From positions 100,854-164,853 of the forward strand of contig JBHLOY010000009.1 in NCBI GenBank assembly GCA_048939995.1: DNA of 64,000 nucleotides, read 5' to 3'. The position numbers were made by a program, and so were the translations under genes. Shown here in pieces: positions 29,070 through 38,628 of the stretch. Below the pieces are notes generated by a model, which was given only the letters and a program-made list of their open reading frames with translations, was not told the DNA's origin and made no database searches. The stretch is from Promethearchaeota archaeon. Lineage in GTDB: Archaea > Asgardarchaeota > Lokiarchaeia > Sigyniarchaeales > SOKP01. The number at the start of each line of letters is the position of its first letter. Within the stretch, counting starts at the first letter, position 1.

Positions 29070-30458
29070 CTATTTTCTATAATACTTATCAATTAATCCT
29101 TGGTGAATTCTAAATAATTGGTTTTGAGACAAATTTGAAAGAACATCCCAAGCAATAGAAAACGTTTCATTAAAAGTACGATTCTCATTTAAACCTTGAT
29201 TTAAGAATTTCTGTTCAAAATCTTCGCCATATTTTAGTAATGCTTTTTGTTCAAAATTCAAACCATCTTCTCCTACAACTGATAATAGATCTCTTGCCTC
29301 AAGCGCATCTGAGTATGAGGCTAACAATTGAGAGCTAAGATCAGCATGATCCTCTCTAGTAGTATTTTTTCCAATTGAATCCTTCATTAATCTTGAGATT
29401 GAGGCCAATACTTCAAATGGAGGATATATTCCTTTTTTATTTAAATCACGATTTAAGACTAATTGTCCTTCGGTTATATAACCAGTAGTGTCAGGGATTG
29501 GATGTGAAATATCATCATTTGGCATCGTTAATATCGGAATCTGAGTTATTGAACCTTTTCTACCTTTTAATTTGCCGGTTCTTTCATAAATTGAAGCTAA
29601 ATCAGAATATAGATATCCGGGATAGCCCTTCCTACTGGGTATTTCTTCCTTTGCAGAGCTTAATTCTCTTAAAGCTTCAGCATAATTCGTAATATCAATT
29701 AATACCACAAGAACTTGCATTTCTTTTTCAAATGCAAAATATTCTGCAGTAGTTAAGGCCACACGGGGAATAATTAACCTTTCCATTATTGGATCGGATG
29801 CAAAATTTATAAAGGAAATAATATTTTGAATATTTCCGCTTTCTCTAAATGCCTTAAAAAAGCTTATAGCATCATCTTCAATGATTCCAATTCCACAAAA
29901 GATTATTAAAAATGGTTCTTCTGTCAATACTTTTGCTTGAGTTACTATCTGTGCTGCTAATTTATTATGTGGCAATCCTTGGGCACTAAAAATAGGTAAT
30001 TTCTGACCTCTAATTAACGTAAAAAGACCATCTATGACAGATATGCCTGTTTGGATAACTTCTGATGGATATTCTCTAGAATAGGGATTAATAGGTGCAC
30101 CATAGATGTCTAGTTCAAGATCAGTAATTATCTCTGTACTTAGAGGTTTTTTAGTATAAATGTCAAACGGTTTTCCTGAAGAGTTAAAAGTTCTTCCAAA
30201 CATATCGCTTTCAGAGATTCTAACTTTAAATGAATCTTCTGTAAAGGATACATTTGAATTTTCACTAGATAAACCTTTTGTATCTTGAAAAACTTCAATT
30301 ACTATAATATCTTCATTCATTTTTACAACTTGGCCTGTTCTAACTGATTTATCTTCGGATTCGATATTTACAATTTCCCCATATTGAACCTGATGTTCAT
30401 TTTTTAAAAAAATTAGCGGACCAATGATTTGTTGGATATTTTTGTACACTATACTCAT
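29070..30458 (-). CDS. atpB: V/A-type ATPase subunit B
   Basis: GPLIF, RGQKLPIFSAQGLPHN, DITNYAEALRE, GYPGYLYSDLASIYER, SISRLM (arginine finger). Confidence 0.96.
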   Translation of the reverse strand: MSIVYKNIQQIIGPLIFLKNEHQVQYGEIVNIESEDKSVRTGQVVKMNEDIIVIEVFQDTKGLSSENSNVSFTEDSFKVRISESDMFGRTFNSSGKPFDIYTKKPLSTEIITDLELDIYGAPINPYSREYPSEVIQTGISVIDGLFTLIRGQKLPIFSAQGLPHNKLAAQIVTQAKVLTEEPFLIIFCGIGIIEDDAISFFKAFRESGNIQNIISFINFASDPIMERLIIPRVALTTAEYFAFEKEMQVLVVLIDITNYAEALRELSSAKEEIPSRKGYPGYLYSDLASIYERTGKLKGRKGSITQIPILTMPNDDISHPIPDTTGYITEGQLVLNRDLNKKGIYPPFEVLASISRLMKDSIGKNTTREDHADLSSQLLASYSDALEARDLLSVVGEDGLNFEQKALLKYGEDFEQKFLNQGLNENRTFNETFSIAWDVLSNLSQNQLFRIHQGLIDKYYRK

Positions 30459-32290
30459 TCTTTCTTGCGTCCTCCGTACATTAACTTTATCGATTGAATA
30501 TCTGCTAATAATCGATTTTTAATTTCTTCTATTTTGTTAAATTCATCATTAGGGATATTTTGACTAATTCTTCTTAAGTCATTTAGAACTTCAAAAGACT
30601 TTATATCTTCTAAAAGATACCCTGAAGTTAAAAGTTCTTTAGCTTTATTGTAAAAAAGCAAAATTAATTTTATGTGGCTTAGTAATTTATTTCTATTAGT
30701 ATAATTATCAATACTGTCAAAGGCGTTCTGAATTAGAAAACTTTCTCTAATCAATTTTCCAATAAAGAGGATCAATTGCTGTTCCTCAGGTAAATTTTCC
30801 TCTCCAATTAATTGGACAATATTCTTTAATTCATTTTCTTTTGACAGAATTGTATTTGTCTCAGCTCTACATTGATACCAGTCGAGATCAATTTCTGGCC
30901 AATGAATATCTCGTTCATACCACCATTGAGAAATATACTCTAAATAATTTGAATAAGAACTCAGCCAATTAATAGCAGGATAATGTTTCGAATAAGCAAG
31001 ATTAGCATCTAATGCCCAAAATGCTTGAACAAATCGTTTAGTTGTAGCAGTTACAGGTTCACTAAAATCACCAGCTGGAGGCGAAACTGAACCTATTATA
31101 CTCAAGGATCCAATTCTTCTTTTTTCCGTATGATTTCCTATGGCTTCGACTTTACCAGCTCTCTCATAAAAGCTTGATATTTTAGAAGGTAAATATGCTG
31201 GATAACCCTCCTCTGCAGGCATTTCTTCTAATAATCCAGAAATTTCTCTTAAAGATTCTGCCCATCTTGAAGTGCTATCTGCTAAAACTGCAACATCATA
31301 TCCCATATCTCGATAGTATTCTGCGATAGTAACTCCAGAGAATATACTTGCTTCTCTGGCTGAAACCGGCATGTTTGAGGTATTTGCTATCAATACAATT
31401 CTTTCCATCAAAGGGCGTCCACTTTTAGGATCAACTATTTTTAAAAATTCTTTTAATGCATCTGCTATCTCATTTCCTCTCTCCCCGCAACCAACAAATA
31501 CAATTATATCCGCATCAGACCATTTTGCTAAGGATTGTTGAATAACTGTTTTACCAGTGCCAAAACCTCCTGGTACGGCCACTGTTCCTCCTTTTGCTAT
31601 AGGAAAAAGTAAATCAATTATTCTTATTCCCGTAATTAGAGGTTCTTCCAATGGGATTCTTTCTTTATATGGTCGACTTATTGTAATCGGCCATTTTTGC
31701 ACCATATTTAATGCATATTCCTTTGAATTTTCCTTTAATCTGTAAATTTCATCCATTATAGTGTATTCACCCTCATCAACTATAAATGATAATATTCCCG
31801 AATAATTCATTGGAACTAAGATTCTATGCTCTATTAATGGGGTTTCTTGAACAGTACCAACTATATCACCTGGTACTAACTTTTCTCCTACTTTTTTTTG
31901 AGGAACAAAGTGCCATTTACGTGATCTTGATAGAGGGGCTAATTCAATACCACGTTGTAAAAAAGCACTATCTAATTTTTTATCAACCATATTTAAAGGT
32001 CTTTGAATTCCATCAAATACACTAGTAAGGAGTCCTGGACCTAATTCCATTGATAATGGCTCTTTAAGATTAGTAACTTCTTGATTTAATTTTAAGTTAT
32101 AAGTGTTTTCATAACATTGAATAACCACATGATTATTGTAGATTTGTATAACTTCACCTAAAATATTTTGTTCTGAAACTTTTATTAAATCATGTAACTT
32201 AACTTTTTTCTCAATACCTTTTACCTCAATTAAGGATCCATTAATAGCGGTAATGTGACCAATTTTAAGTGGTTTTTTAGAGTTGATCAT
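30455..32290 (-). CDS. atpA: V/A-type ATPase catalytic subunit A
   Basis: [48 protein letters not shown]; all catalytic motifs canonical. Confidence 0.97.
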   Translation of the reverse strand: MINSKKPLKIGHITAINGSLIEVKGIEKKVKLHDLIKVSEQNILGEVIQIYNNHVVIQCYENTYNLKLNQEVTNLKEPLSMELGPGLLTSVFDGIQRPLNMVDKKLDSAFLQRGIELAPLSRSRKWHFVPQKKVGEKLVPGDIVGTVQETPLIEHRILVPMNYSGILSFIVDEGEYTIMDEIYRLKENSKEYALNMVQKWPITISRPYKERIPLEEPLITGIRIIDLLFPIAKGGTVAVPGGFGTGKTVIQQSLAKWSDADIIVFVGCGERGNEIADALKEFLKIVDPKSGRPLMERIVLIANTSNMPVSAREASIFSGVTIAEYYRDMGYDVAVLADSTSRWAESLREISGLLEEMPAEEGYPAYLPSKISSFYERAGKVEAIGNHTEKRRIGSLSIIGSVSPPAGDFSEPVTATTKRFVQAFWALDANLAYSKHYPAINWLSSYSNYLEYISQWWYERDIHWPEIDLDWYQCRAETNTILSKENELKNIVQLIGEENLPEEQQLILFIGKLIRESFLIQNAFDSIDNYTNRNKLLSHIKLILLFYNKAKELLTSGYLLEDIKSFEVLNDLRRISQNIPNDEFNKIEEIKNRLLADIQSIKLMYGGRKKE

Positions 32291-32999
32291 ATGTCTTCAA
32301 ATACACCTCTATTTCTTTTTTTTTTAGTTTTATATCCCTCTCAAAATCATCTTGTAGTTTTACTATTTCTGTTTCAGAAAAGATACTTGATAAGTTTTGT
32401 TCGATCTTAACCAAATTTTTAGCTAATAAATTATCAATAGTATAGTTATAGGTAATTTTATTATCTCCAATAATTACCTTAAATCCCCCAATAAAATCGT
32501 CCTCAGCAGAATTGAGATCGATTTTGTTTTTGAATAGAGGTTTGATATTAGACCCAATATTTTTGACATGATCAAAGTCTCGTTCATTTAATAAAATGAG
32601 AACTTTTGGAGGTTTATCAATAATATGAACTGAATCTTTTATCCTCGCAATCAAGTAATTCAGATAATTAGAATAATTTTCTGATATATTACTTCGAATA
32701 TGTTCTAGAATTCCCCGATTTAAATCCTTTAGCAACTTGTTTTTTAATTTTAATACTAATTCTTTAGCTTGAATTAAATTCGAAGATAATGTTTTATTCA
32801 AAAACTGATTATACATCTCTATAAATTGATTTTTGATCTTCAAAGAATTGTTTTCAATTTTCTTTAAATAACTCTTTTTTATCTCTGCTTTTTGATAAAG
32901 CATTTTTTGGTTAACTTCTTTTATCTGATCTTCAGCTTTATCAATTACGTAAACTCCTAGCTTACCAAATTGTTCCTTAATATCCTTTTCTTCTGAAAT
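32277..32999 (-). CDS. atpE: V/A-type ATPase subunit E, probable ATT start
   Basis: C-terminal FIGGFKV...YNYTIDNL; lies between F and A. The frame is open upstream of ATG 32903 to ATT 32999 (preceded by GAGGGT), which restores the N-terminal stator helix SEEKDIKEQFGKLGVYVIDKAEDQIKE. Confidence 0.82.
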   Translation of the reverse strand: MSEEKDIKEQFGKLGVYVIDKAEDQIKEVNQKMLYQKAEIKKSYLKKIENNSLKIKNQFIEMYNQFLNKTLSSNLIQAKELVLKLKNKLLKDLNRGILEHIRSNISENYSNYLNYLIARIKDSVHIIDKPPKVLILLNERDFDHVKNIGSNIKPLFKNKIDLNSAEDDFIGGFKVIIGDNKITYNYTIDNLLAKNLVKIEQNLSSIFSETEIVKLQDDFERDIKLKKKEIEVYLKTYDQL

Positions 33000-33014
33000 C
33001 TTACCCTCAACGTC

Positions 33015-33335
33015 CTATTTTATAATTTGTCCTATAGATTTAAAAATTTCGTCTAGAAAAACTACCTTTTCTTCGAGTCGATCTTTAAATATGTTCGGAA
33101 GAAAAAATAGTAATGGTTTTTCTCTACTTAATTTATGATCAATCAATTGTGCTATATCATCTTCTAATACATCCAGTGCTACAATTACCAAGCCTATAGA
33201 TGAATCCTCCTTCAAGGCATTAAATTCTTTTAAAAATAGCTCTGGTTTATTGAGCACCTTTCCTTCGATTCCTAATAAACCCATCATTAAGACTGTTTCT
33301 TCATCCCCAATTACAAAGATTTTCTGTTCAGGCAT
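33015..33335 (-). CDS. atpF: V/A-type ATPase subunit F
   Basis: KIFVIGDEETVLMMGLLGIEG...IGLVIV...IFKSIG. Confidence 0.92.
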   Translation of the reverse strand: MPEQKIFVIGDEETVLMMGLLGIEGKVLNKPELFLKEFNALKEDSSIGLVIVALDVLEDDIAQLIDHKLSREKPLLFFLPNIFKDRLEEKVVFLDEIFKSIGQIIK

Positions 33336-33645
33336 TAAAGTCCAACTCTAAGTTAGTGATAATTTGATCTATTATTCTTTTTTTATTTTGTTCATAATTC
33401 GATTCATAATTTTGAATAATACTTGCCAACTTCTTTTGAAATTCATTAATTTTTTTATTAACATCTTTCCTAATGGATTTTAAAGCGTCATTAACTAATT
33501 CTTGTTTCTTTTGTATAGACTCACTTAATGCTTTTTCACTTTCAGCTCTTAAATCTTCAATTTCCTTTAGATTATCATTTTTAGACTTTTCTATCAACTT
33601 ATCATAAATATCTTCAATTTCAGAAACCCATTCAAAAATCTTCAT
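33328..33645 (-). CDS. V/A-type ATPase subunit G/H (peripheral stalk)
   Basis: 105-aa charged coiled coil inside the operon, overlapping the atpF start; the only missing subunit of this size. Confidence 0.7.
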   Translation of the reverse strand: MKIFEWVSEIEDIYDKLIEKSKNDNLKEIEDLRAESEKALSESIQKKQELVNDALKSIRKDVNKKINEFQKKLASIIQNYESNYEQNKKRIIDQIITNLELDFNA

Positions 33646-33649
33646 TTTA

Positions 33650-34711
33650 CTATTTTAACCTCTCATACTTTTCGTGAATTATTCTAATTACATTTGGCAT
33701 TATATTAAATTTAATCTCCTTTTCTTTTTTGATTATTAGTTCTAGTATTTTATATATCGTAAAATATTCAAAATCGTCAATTTTTAACTGAAATTTTTTA
33801 AAATAATAATTTTGGTATAATCCCTCGAAAGACCATCTTAAATGTCTTTTACTTATCACGATGGGTACAAATAATTCCTTTAACTCTTTTGAAGAATTTA
33901 AATATACTTCTAATGTTGAAATAAAATCGTCAATATTACCTGAATTCAAAAGGATTTCAATTTTATTTGGATTTAAGAATAAATATTGATTGACTAAAAG
34001 TTGGGAAGTTAAATTTTTGTCAAAATTATTGATAATCGCTCGTGAAATCATTCTTAAATTATATACTTCCGTCGAATAGGCAATATATAACGATATCATA
34101 GCACTTTCTTTTTTGTCATATATGGGTGTTGTCATAATCAGATTTTTATAAAATAATTTATCTAAAAAAGCCTCTAAAATAAATATTTCATTGTTATTTT
34201 TAAAATATAAAATACCTTCACGAACGGCTTTATTATACCTTGAATTTTTCAAATAAAGTTGGATTTCATCTAGTTCATCAATTTCAATTAAATCATTGAT
34301 AAAATCTGAATGTTCTAAATATTCCTCAACTAAAAAATTAATTCTTTTGGATTTTTCACCTTTACTTAAACCTATTATAGACCCTAAGATGATTTGTTTA
34401 ATATTAGAAATTTCATATTTCACAAATAAACTTCTTAAAAAGAGTCTCATATTTTCTGGTGAGAATTGTAAGATTTTTCCCATCAATTTAATTAAAATGT
34501 GGAAAAGAGCTTGTTCAATCTCTATTATAGTATAATCTTTAATATTTATTTCGGGATAATAAGGACGTATAAATTCAACAAACTCCTCAATACCACTGAT
34601 TTCTTTTAACTTTGGCAAAATATTTTCTTCAATAATTAATTTTCTTAAAAAATTAATTTTTATGTAAGTATAAACATATGAAGGGATTAATGTACTCGTA
34701 TGCAACACCAA
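33650..34711 (-). CDS. atpC: V/A-type ATPase subunit C (d)
   Basis: 353 aa, helical; YVYTYIKI, KYEISNIKQII, LEAFLDKLFY, EVYNL, KEKEI patterns; operon position. Confidence 0.82.
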   Translation of the reverse strand: MVLHTSTLIPSYVYTYIKINFLRKLIIEENILPKLKEISGIEEFVEFIRPYYPEINIKDYTIIEIEQALFHILIKLMGKILQFSPENMRLFLRSLFVKYEISNIKQIILGSIIGLSKGEKSKRINFLVEEYLEHSDFINDLIEIDELDEIQLYLKNSRYNKAVREGILYFKNNNEIFILEAFLDKLFYKNLIMTTPIYDKKESAMISLYIAYSTEVYNLRMISRAIINNFDKNLTSQLLVNQYLFLNPNKIEILLNSGNIDDFISTLEVYLNSSKELKELFVPIVISKRHLRWSFEGLYQNYYFKKFQLKIDDFEYFTIYKILELIIKKEKEIKFNIMPNVIRIIHEKYERLK

Positions 34712-34763
34712 TATATGAATAGTGAAATCTGTATATACTTAAAAGTATAAAGAAATTTTTAGA

Positions 34764-35144
34764 TTATGCGGGTGGGGTAGGAATTTTTGTCCATAATAGT
34801 ATACCAACGATAAGACCATAAACGGCTAAGGCTTCAGCTAATGCTACAACTAAAAAAGCTTTGAAAAAAGATTCTTCGCGCTCTGCTAGTGATGATATTG
34901 CAGCAGTTCCAACAGTTTTAATAGCTAAGGCACTTCCCAGTACAGAAGCACCAACGGAAACTGCTGCTGAAATAGCTAACATTGCTGATGTAACTGAGTT
35001 ATAATAATAATAATTATCATCTGTTGGTTGAGCGCCTACTAATCTTATTAATCCATTTACCGAGAAAAAAACTGAAAATACTAGAATTATTTGAAACAAG
35101 CCAAGTAGTATAAAAAATTTCTTTTTTCCATTCATTTTTACCAC
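34764..35144 (-). CDS. atpK: V/A-type ATPase proteolipid subunit K (c)
   Basis: Single hairpin with GTAAISSLAE and ALAEALAVYG (ion-binding Glu), preceded by a signal-peptide-like segment. Confidence 0.93.
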   Translation of the reverse strand: MVKMNGKKKFFILLGLFQIILVFSVFFSVNGLIRLVGAQPTDDNYYYYNSVTSAMLAISAAVSVGASVLGSALAIKTVGTAAISSLAEREESFFKAFLVVALAEALAVYGLIVGILLWTKIPTPPA

Positions 35145-35294
35145 ACTTTAATAGATATATGAAATAATTAAATAAATAGATATAATTAATTGCGTAAAAA
35201 GTTTTCTTAATTTTTTTATAAGGAGGTTAAATATAATAGAAAAACCTATGCAACATTGTAAATTTTTGAATAAATTTAGGAGAAAAAAGTTCTT

Positions 35295-35948
35295 TTACTG
35301 ATAAAGAATCACTCTTATTATATCAGCAATATCATGCATTCTATCGGCTAATTGTTCTAATAATACAATACTATCTCTTAATCTTAATAATAATCTAATA
35401 TCGAGTTCATCATTGGAAGTAGAATATAGGTAATCGAGAAATTGTCGATAAATTGCATCAATATCATTTTCGATTTCATGGATCTTCACTGTATTCTCAT
35501 ATACCTTATCTCGGGCATCTCTAAGATTTTTAATAGTTTGTTTCAATATATCTGCCATTTCCATAATCTGATTTATTAATTTGTAGTAACGTTTTTTAAT
35601 TTCATCAAACTTTTTACCTTTTGGATGAATCTTATCAAGCATATCTACAAATTCGAGAGGGTAATTAAGGACATTGTCCATTCTTAAGATTAAGGCGATA
35701 TAATCTCCTAAACCTTGAGCTTCGGCTTCAGAAAAGTTTTGTATAAGTCTAATCTTATATTCATCTGCTTCTTCTTCAGAGAGTTGCATTTTACTCTTTT
35801 TTTTTTGCAAACTTTCCTTATTTTTTTCATAATCTTCTGCCCAGGTATTATAATACACTCCCATATCGCTAAGAACATCATACATAATCCTTGAATGTTC
35901 GACGAGTAAACTAATAATTTCCTCCTTTGTCTTACTATTCACTGCCAT
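35295..35948 (-). CDS. DUF47/PhoU-like phosphate transport regulator
   Basis: Two helical repeats: EEEADEYK...LILRMDNV and IHEIENDIDAIYR...LEQLADRMHDIAD. Confidence 0.85.
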   Translation of the reverse strand: MAVNSKTKEEIISLLVEHSRIMYDVLSDMGVYYNTWAEDYEKNKESLQKKKSKMQLSEEEADEYKIRLIQNFSEAEAQGLGDYIALILRMDNVLNYPLEFVDMLDKIHPKGKKFDEIKKRYYKLINQIMEMADILKQTIKNLRDARDKVYENTVKIHEIENDIDAIYRQFLDYLYSTSNDELDIRLLLRLRDSIVLLEQLADRMHDIADIIRVILYQ

Positions 35949-36177
35949 TTTTCTTTTTCACTAAATTTTTAATAATCTAAGAATATTATATGATTAGATC
36001 AATAAAAATCATCAGATTTTAGAGAAATTTAAACTAAATATAATCATCCTATAGATATAATTATTACACCCAATAAATTGGTTCAATGGTGTCTCATTAA
36101 AGTAGAAAAACTTATTGCTAAGCGAAAAGTTTTTACTTTTAGTTTAATTTGTCACATACAGGTGTATTTTTAACAAA

Positions 36178-36951
36178 ATGGGAAAGGAATCAATATTTGA
36201 AAAATGGCGAAAGTATTCCCAAATGTCTGACTTGGGAATAATTGCACGTCGGAAGTTCTTTAACAATTGTTTTGATGGAGCTTTAACTTGTGCTGGAATT
36301 GTAAGCGGGATGTTTATGATTTTTTTATTCGGTACTAGTTCCGCAACCACTCCCTCTACAATAATAATAACAGGTTTTGCAACTGCTCTAGCAATAGGTA
36401 TTAGTGGTTTATGGGGAGCTTTTCTTTCGGAAGAGGCAGAAAGAAAGAAAAAAATTAGCGATTTAAAGAAGGATATGGTTATTATTGAAGAAAATTTAGA
36501 TGATTATAGTGAAGATGAGCTCGAAAAAATTGAGTTAGCTAAAAAAATTCTTGAAGAAAAAGAAATCCAGAGAGCTATGGTTATCCCTGTTGAGATAAAT
36601 GGTTTGGAAAAGAAAAAAAATTTATTAATTCCAATAAGGAAAAAAGCAAAAAATGATAAGAATAATAAGACATTGATAGAACAAGCAGAGCATTTTGCTA
36701 CAATAGTTGCATCTTTAGTAGATGGAGGTGCTCCAGTATTGGGATCATCGCTCCCTTTAATTCCCTTTTTCTTTGGAACTACTTTAACATTGTTCCATTT
36801 CATCTTTTCTTATATAATTTTAACAGGCTTACTAGTATATTTAGGCATATTTCTTGGCAATATATCAGGAGGGGGTCGTATAAAATACGTTTTACATCTA
36901 GTAACAGCAGGCATAGTTACACTATTAATTTCATTATTATTAGGAATTTAA
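36178..36951 (+). CDS. VIT1/CCC1 family transporter (archaeal TIGR00267-like), paralog 1
   Basis: ARRKFFNNCFDGALT, ISGLWGAFLSEEAER, charged cytosolic insert, LVDGGAP..G..LPLIPFF, then two more TMs. Confidence 0.85.
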   Translation: MGKESIFEKWRKYSQMSDLGIIARRKFFNNCFDGALTCAGIVSGMFMIFLFGTSSATTPSTIIITGFATALAIGISGLWGAFLSEEAERKKKISDLKKDMVIIEENLDDYSEDELEKIELAKKILEEKEIQRAMVIPVEINGLEKKKNLLIPIRKKAKNDKNNKTLIEQAEHFATIVASLVDGGAPVLGSSLPLIPFFFGTTLTLFHFIFSYIILTGLLVYLGIFLGNISGGGRIKYVLHLVTAGIVTLLISLLLGI

Positions 36952-36997
36952 AATTTAAAATTTCAGGCTGAATAGCCTTTTTTGAAGAATTAGTAAA

Positions 36998-37708
36998 ATG
37001 TTTAAGAAATACAAACTCTTTTCAAAAATAACGAAAATAGGAACAATAGCACGAAGGTATTTTGTAAACAACTTTTACGATGGACTTCTAACCGTTTTAG
37101 GAATTCTTTTAGGATTTTTTGTATTAATTATTAAAGGTTCTGAAGTGACTATTAATAGTAATATAGTACTTTTAACAGGTTTTGGCACTTCTATTTCTAT
37201 GCTTATATCAGGTATTTCGGGGTCTTACTTATCGGAGAAAGCAGAACAAAGGAAATTGAAGTTAGAATTAGATAAAGCAATGGTACTTGTTGAAGAAGCT
37301 AAGGAAGGAGGCACCCAATTATCTCAAGAAGATTTAGAAAAGGCAATGTTAAAACAAATTAATTTAAATGAAAGCCCCAATAATCTCCAAGTTAACAAAG
37401 AGGAAATCGTTGAAAAAAAGACAATTCAGGAAAAAGCAAAAAGGTTTGCTACCATATTAGTCGCATTGGTAAATGGTTTTGCTCCATTTCTTGGTGGTCT
37501 CATCCCTCTTATTCCCTTTTTTCTTGTTCCATATGCAAGTTTTGAAACATTTATAATTTCTTTTGTGATTATTTTTATATCTATTGTATTATTAGGATGT
37601 TTCCTTGGGATAATATCACGTGAATCTATTATTAAAAATATCCTACAAATGTTGATTGCTTTTTCATTAACTATGATTATCTCGATTCTTTTCTTAAGTG
37701 TTAATTAA
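36998..37708 (+). CDS. VIT1/CCC1 family transporter (archaeal TIGR00267-like), paralog 2
   Basis: ARRYFVNNFYDGLLT, ISMLISGISGSYLSEKAE, LVNGFAPFLGGLIPLIPFF. Confidence 0.85.
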   Translation: MFKKYKLFSKITKIGTIARRYFVNNFYDGLLTVLGILLGFFVLIIKGSEVTINSNIVLLTGFGTSISMLISGISGSYLSEKAEQRKLKLELDKAMVLVEEAKEGGTQLSQEDLEKAMLKQINLNESPNNLQVNKEEIVEKKTIQEKAKRFATILVALVNGFAPFLGGLIPLIPFFLVPYASFETFIISFVIIFISIVLLGCFLGIISRESIIKNILQMLIAFSLTMIISILFLSVN

Positions 37709-37782
37709 TACTGGGAATTGTAGGATAAATTTAATAATCGTTCCTAAATTTCTAAAGTAAAATTTAAAAGGTAAATGGTAAC

Positions 37783-38562
37783 GTGAAGGCTTTTATTGGA
37801 ATTGACATTGGATCTTTAGCAACTAAAATCGTTTTAATAAATGAGGGTAAATTAATTGATCACCGGACAGAGAGGTCCACATATAACTTTAAAAAAGTAG
37901 GACATAATCTTTTTGATGATATTTTGCTAAAAAATAACCTAAAGAGATCTAACGTATATGTTATGAGTACGGGTTATGGGAGAAATACTATTGATATTGC
38001 TGATGATCGTGTTACAGAAATCACTGCTCATGCTAAAGGAGCCCAATTCTTTATTGATGACACACATTCAGTCATTGATATTGGGGGGCAAGATAGTAAG
38101 GCTATATTAATCTCTAAGAAGACTGGGAATGTAATTGATTTTCAGATGAACGATAAATGTGCTGCTGGAACAGGTCGCTTTCTAGAGGTTATGGCACATG
38201 CATTAGAGGTTCCTATTGATCAATTTGGTAATTTAGCATTGAATTCAATTAATGCAGCATCTATTAGTTCTACCTGTACTGTATTTGCTGAAAGTGAAGT
38301 GATTAGTTTGTTTGCCAGAGGGTCATCTAAAGAAGATATAGCCGCAGGTATCCATAAATCAATTTCAAGGAGAGTTGCAGGCATGGCTAAACGTATTGGA
38401 GTTGCACCAAAATTAGTATTTTGCGGAGGAGTTGCTAAAAATGTTGCTGTTAAAAAATATTTAGAAACTGAGCTAGGTTTTGAAATTGTAGTGCCAGAAT
38501 ATCCTCAATTGACAGGGGCTATTGGTGCTGCGTTAATAGCTCAAGAGAATAATAACAATTAA
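37783..38562 (+). CDS. 2-hydroxyacyl-CoA dehydratase activase (HgdC/BadF/BcrA-D family ATPase)
   Basis: GIDIGS, STGYGR, EITAHAKGA, IDIGGQDSK, MNDKCAAGTGRFLE, STCTVFAESE, GGVAKN. Confidence 0.95.
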   Translation: MKAFIGIDIGSLATKIVLINEGKLIDHRTERSTYNFKKVGHNLFDDILLKNNLKRSNVYVMSTGYGRNTIDIADDRVTEITAHAKGAQFFIDDTHSVIDIGGQDSKAILISKKTGNVIDFQMNDKCAAGTGRFLEVMAHALEVPIDQFGNLALNSINAASISSTCTVFAESEVISLFARGSSKEDIAAGIHKSISRRVAGMAKRIGVAPKLVFCGGVAKNVAVKKYLETELGFEIVVPEYPQLTGAIGAALIAQENNNN

Positions 38563-38628
38563 AATTAAATCTTTTGATGGATTAACTCATTTTTAATCAA
38601 TAGATAATATATACTCAAAATTAAAACC

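Noticed and set aside
29060-33017. The TAG stops of atpF and atpB are each in frame with the next gene (atpE, atpD), suggesting amber or pyrrolysine read-through fusions
   Set aside because: In-frame adjacency arises one time in three by chance. Each downstream gene has its own SD and start, no Pyl machinery is in the window, and F-E or B-D fusions would tie rotor to stator.
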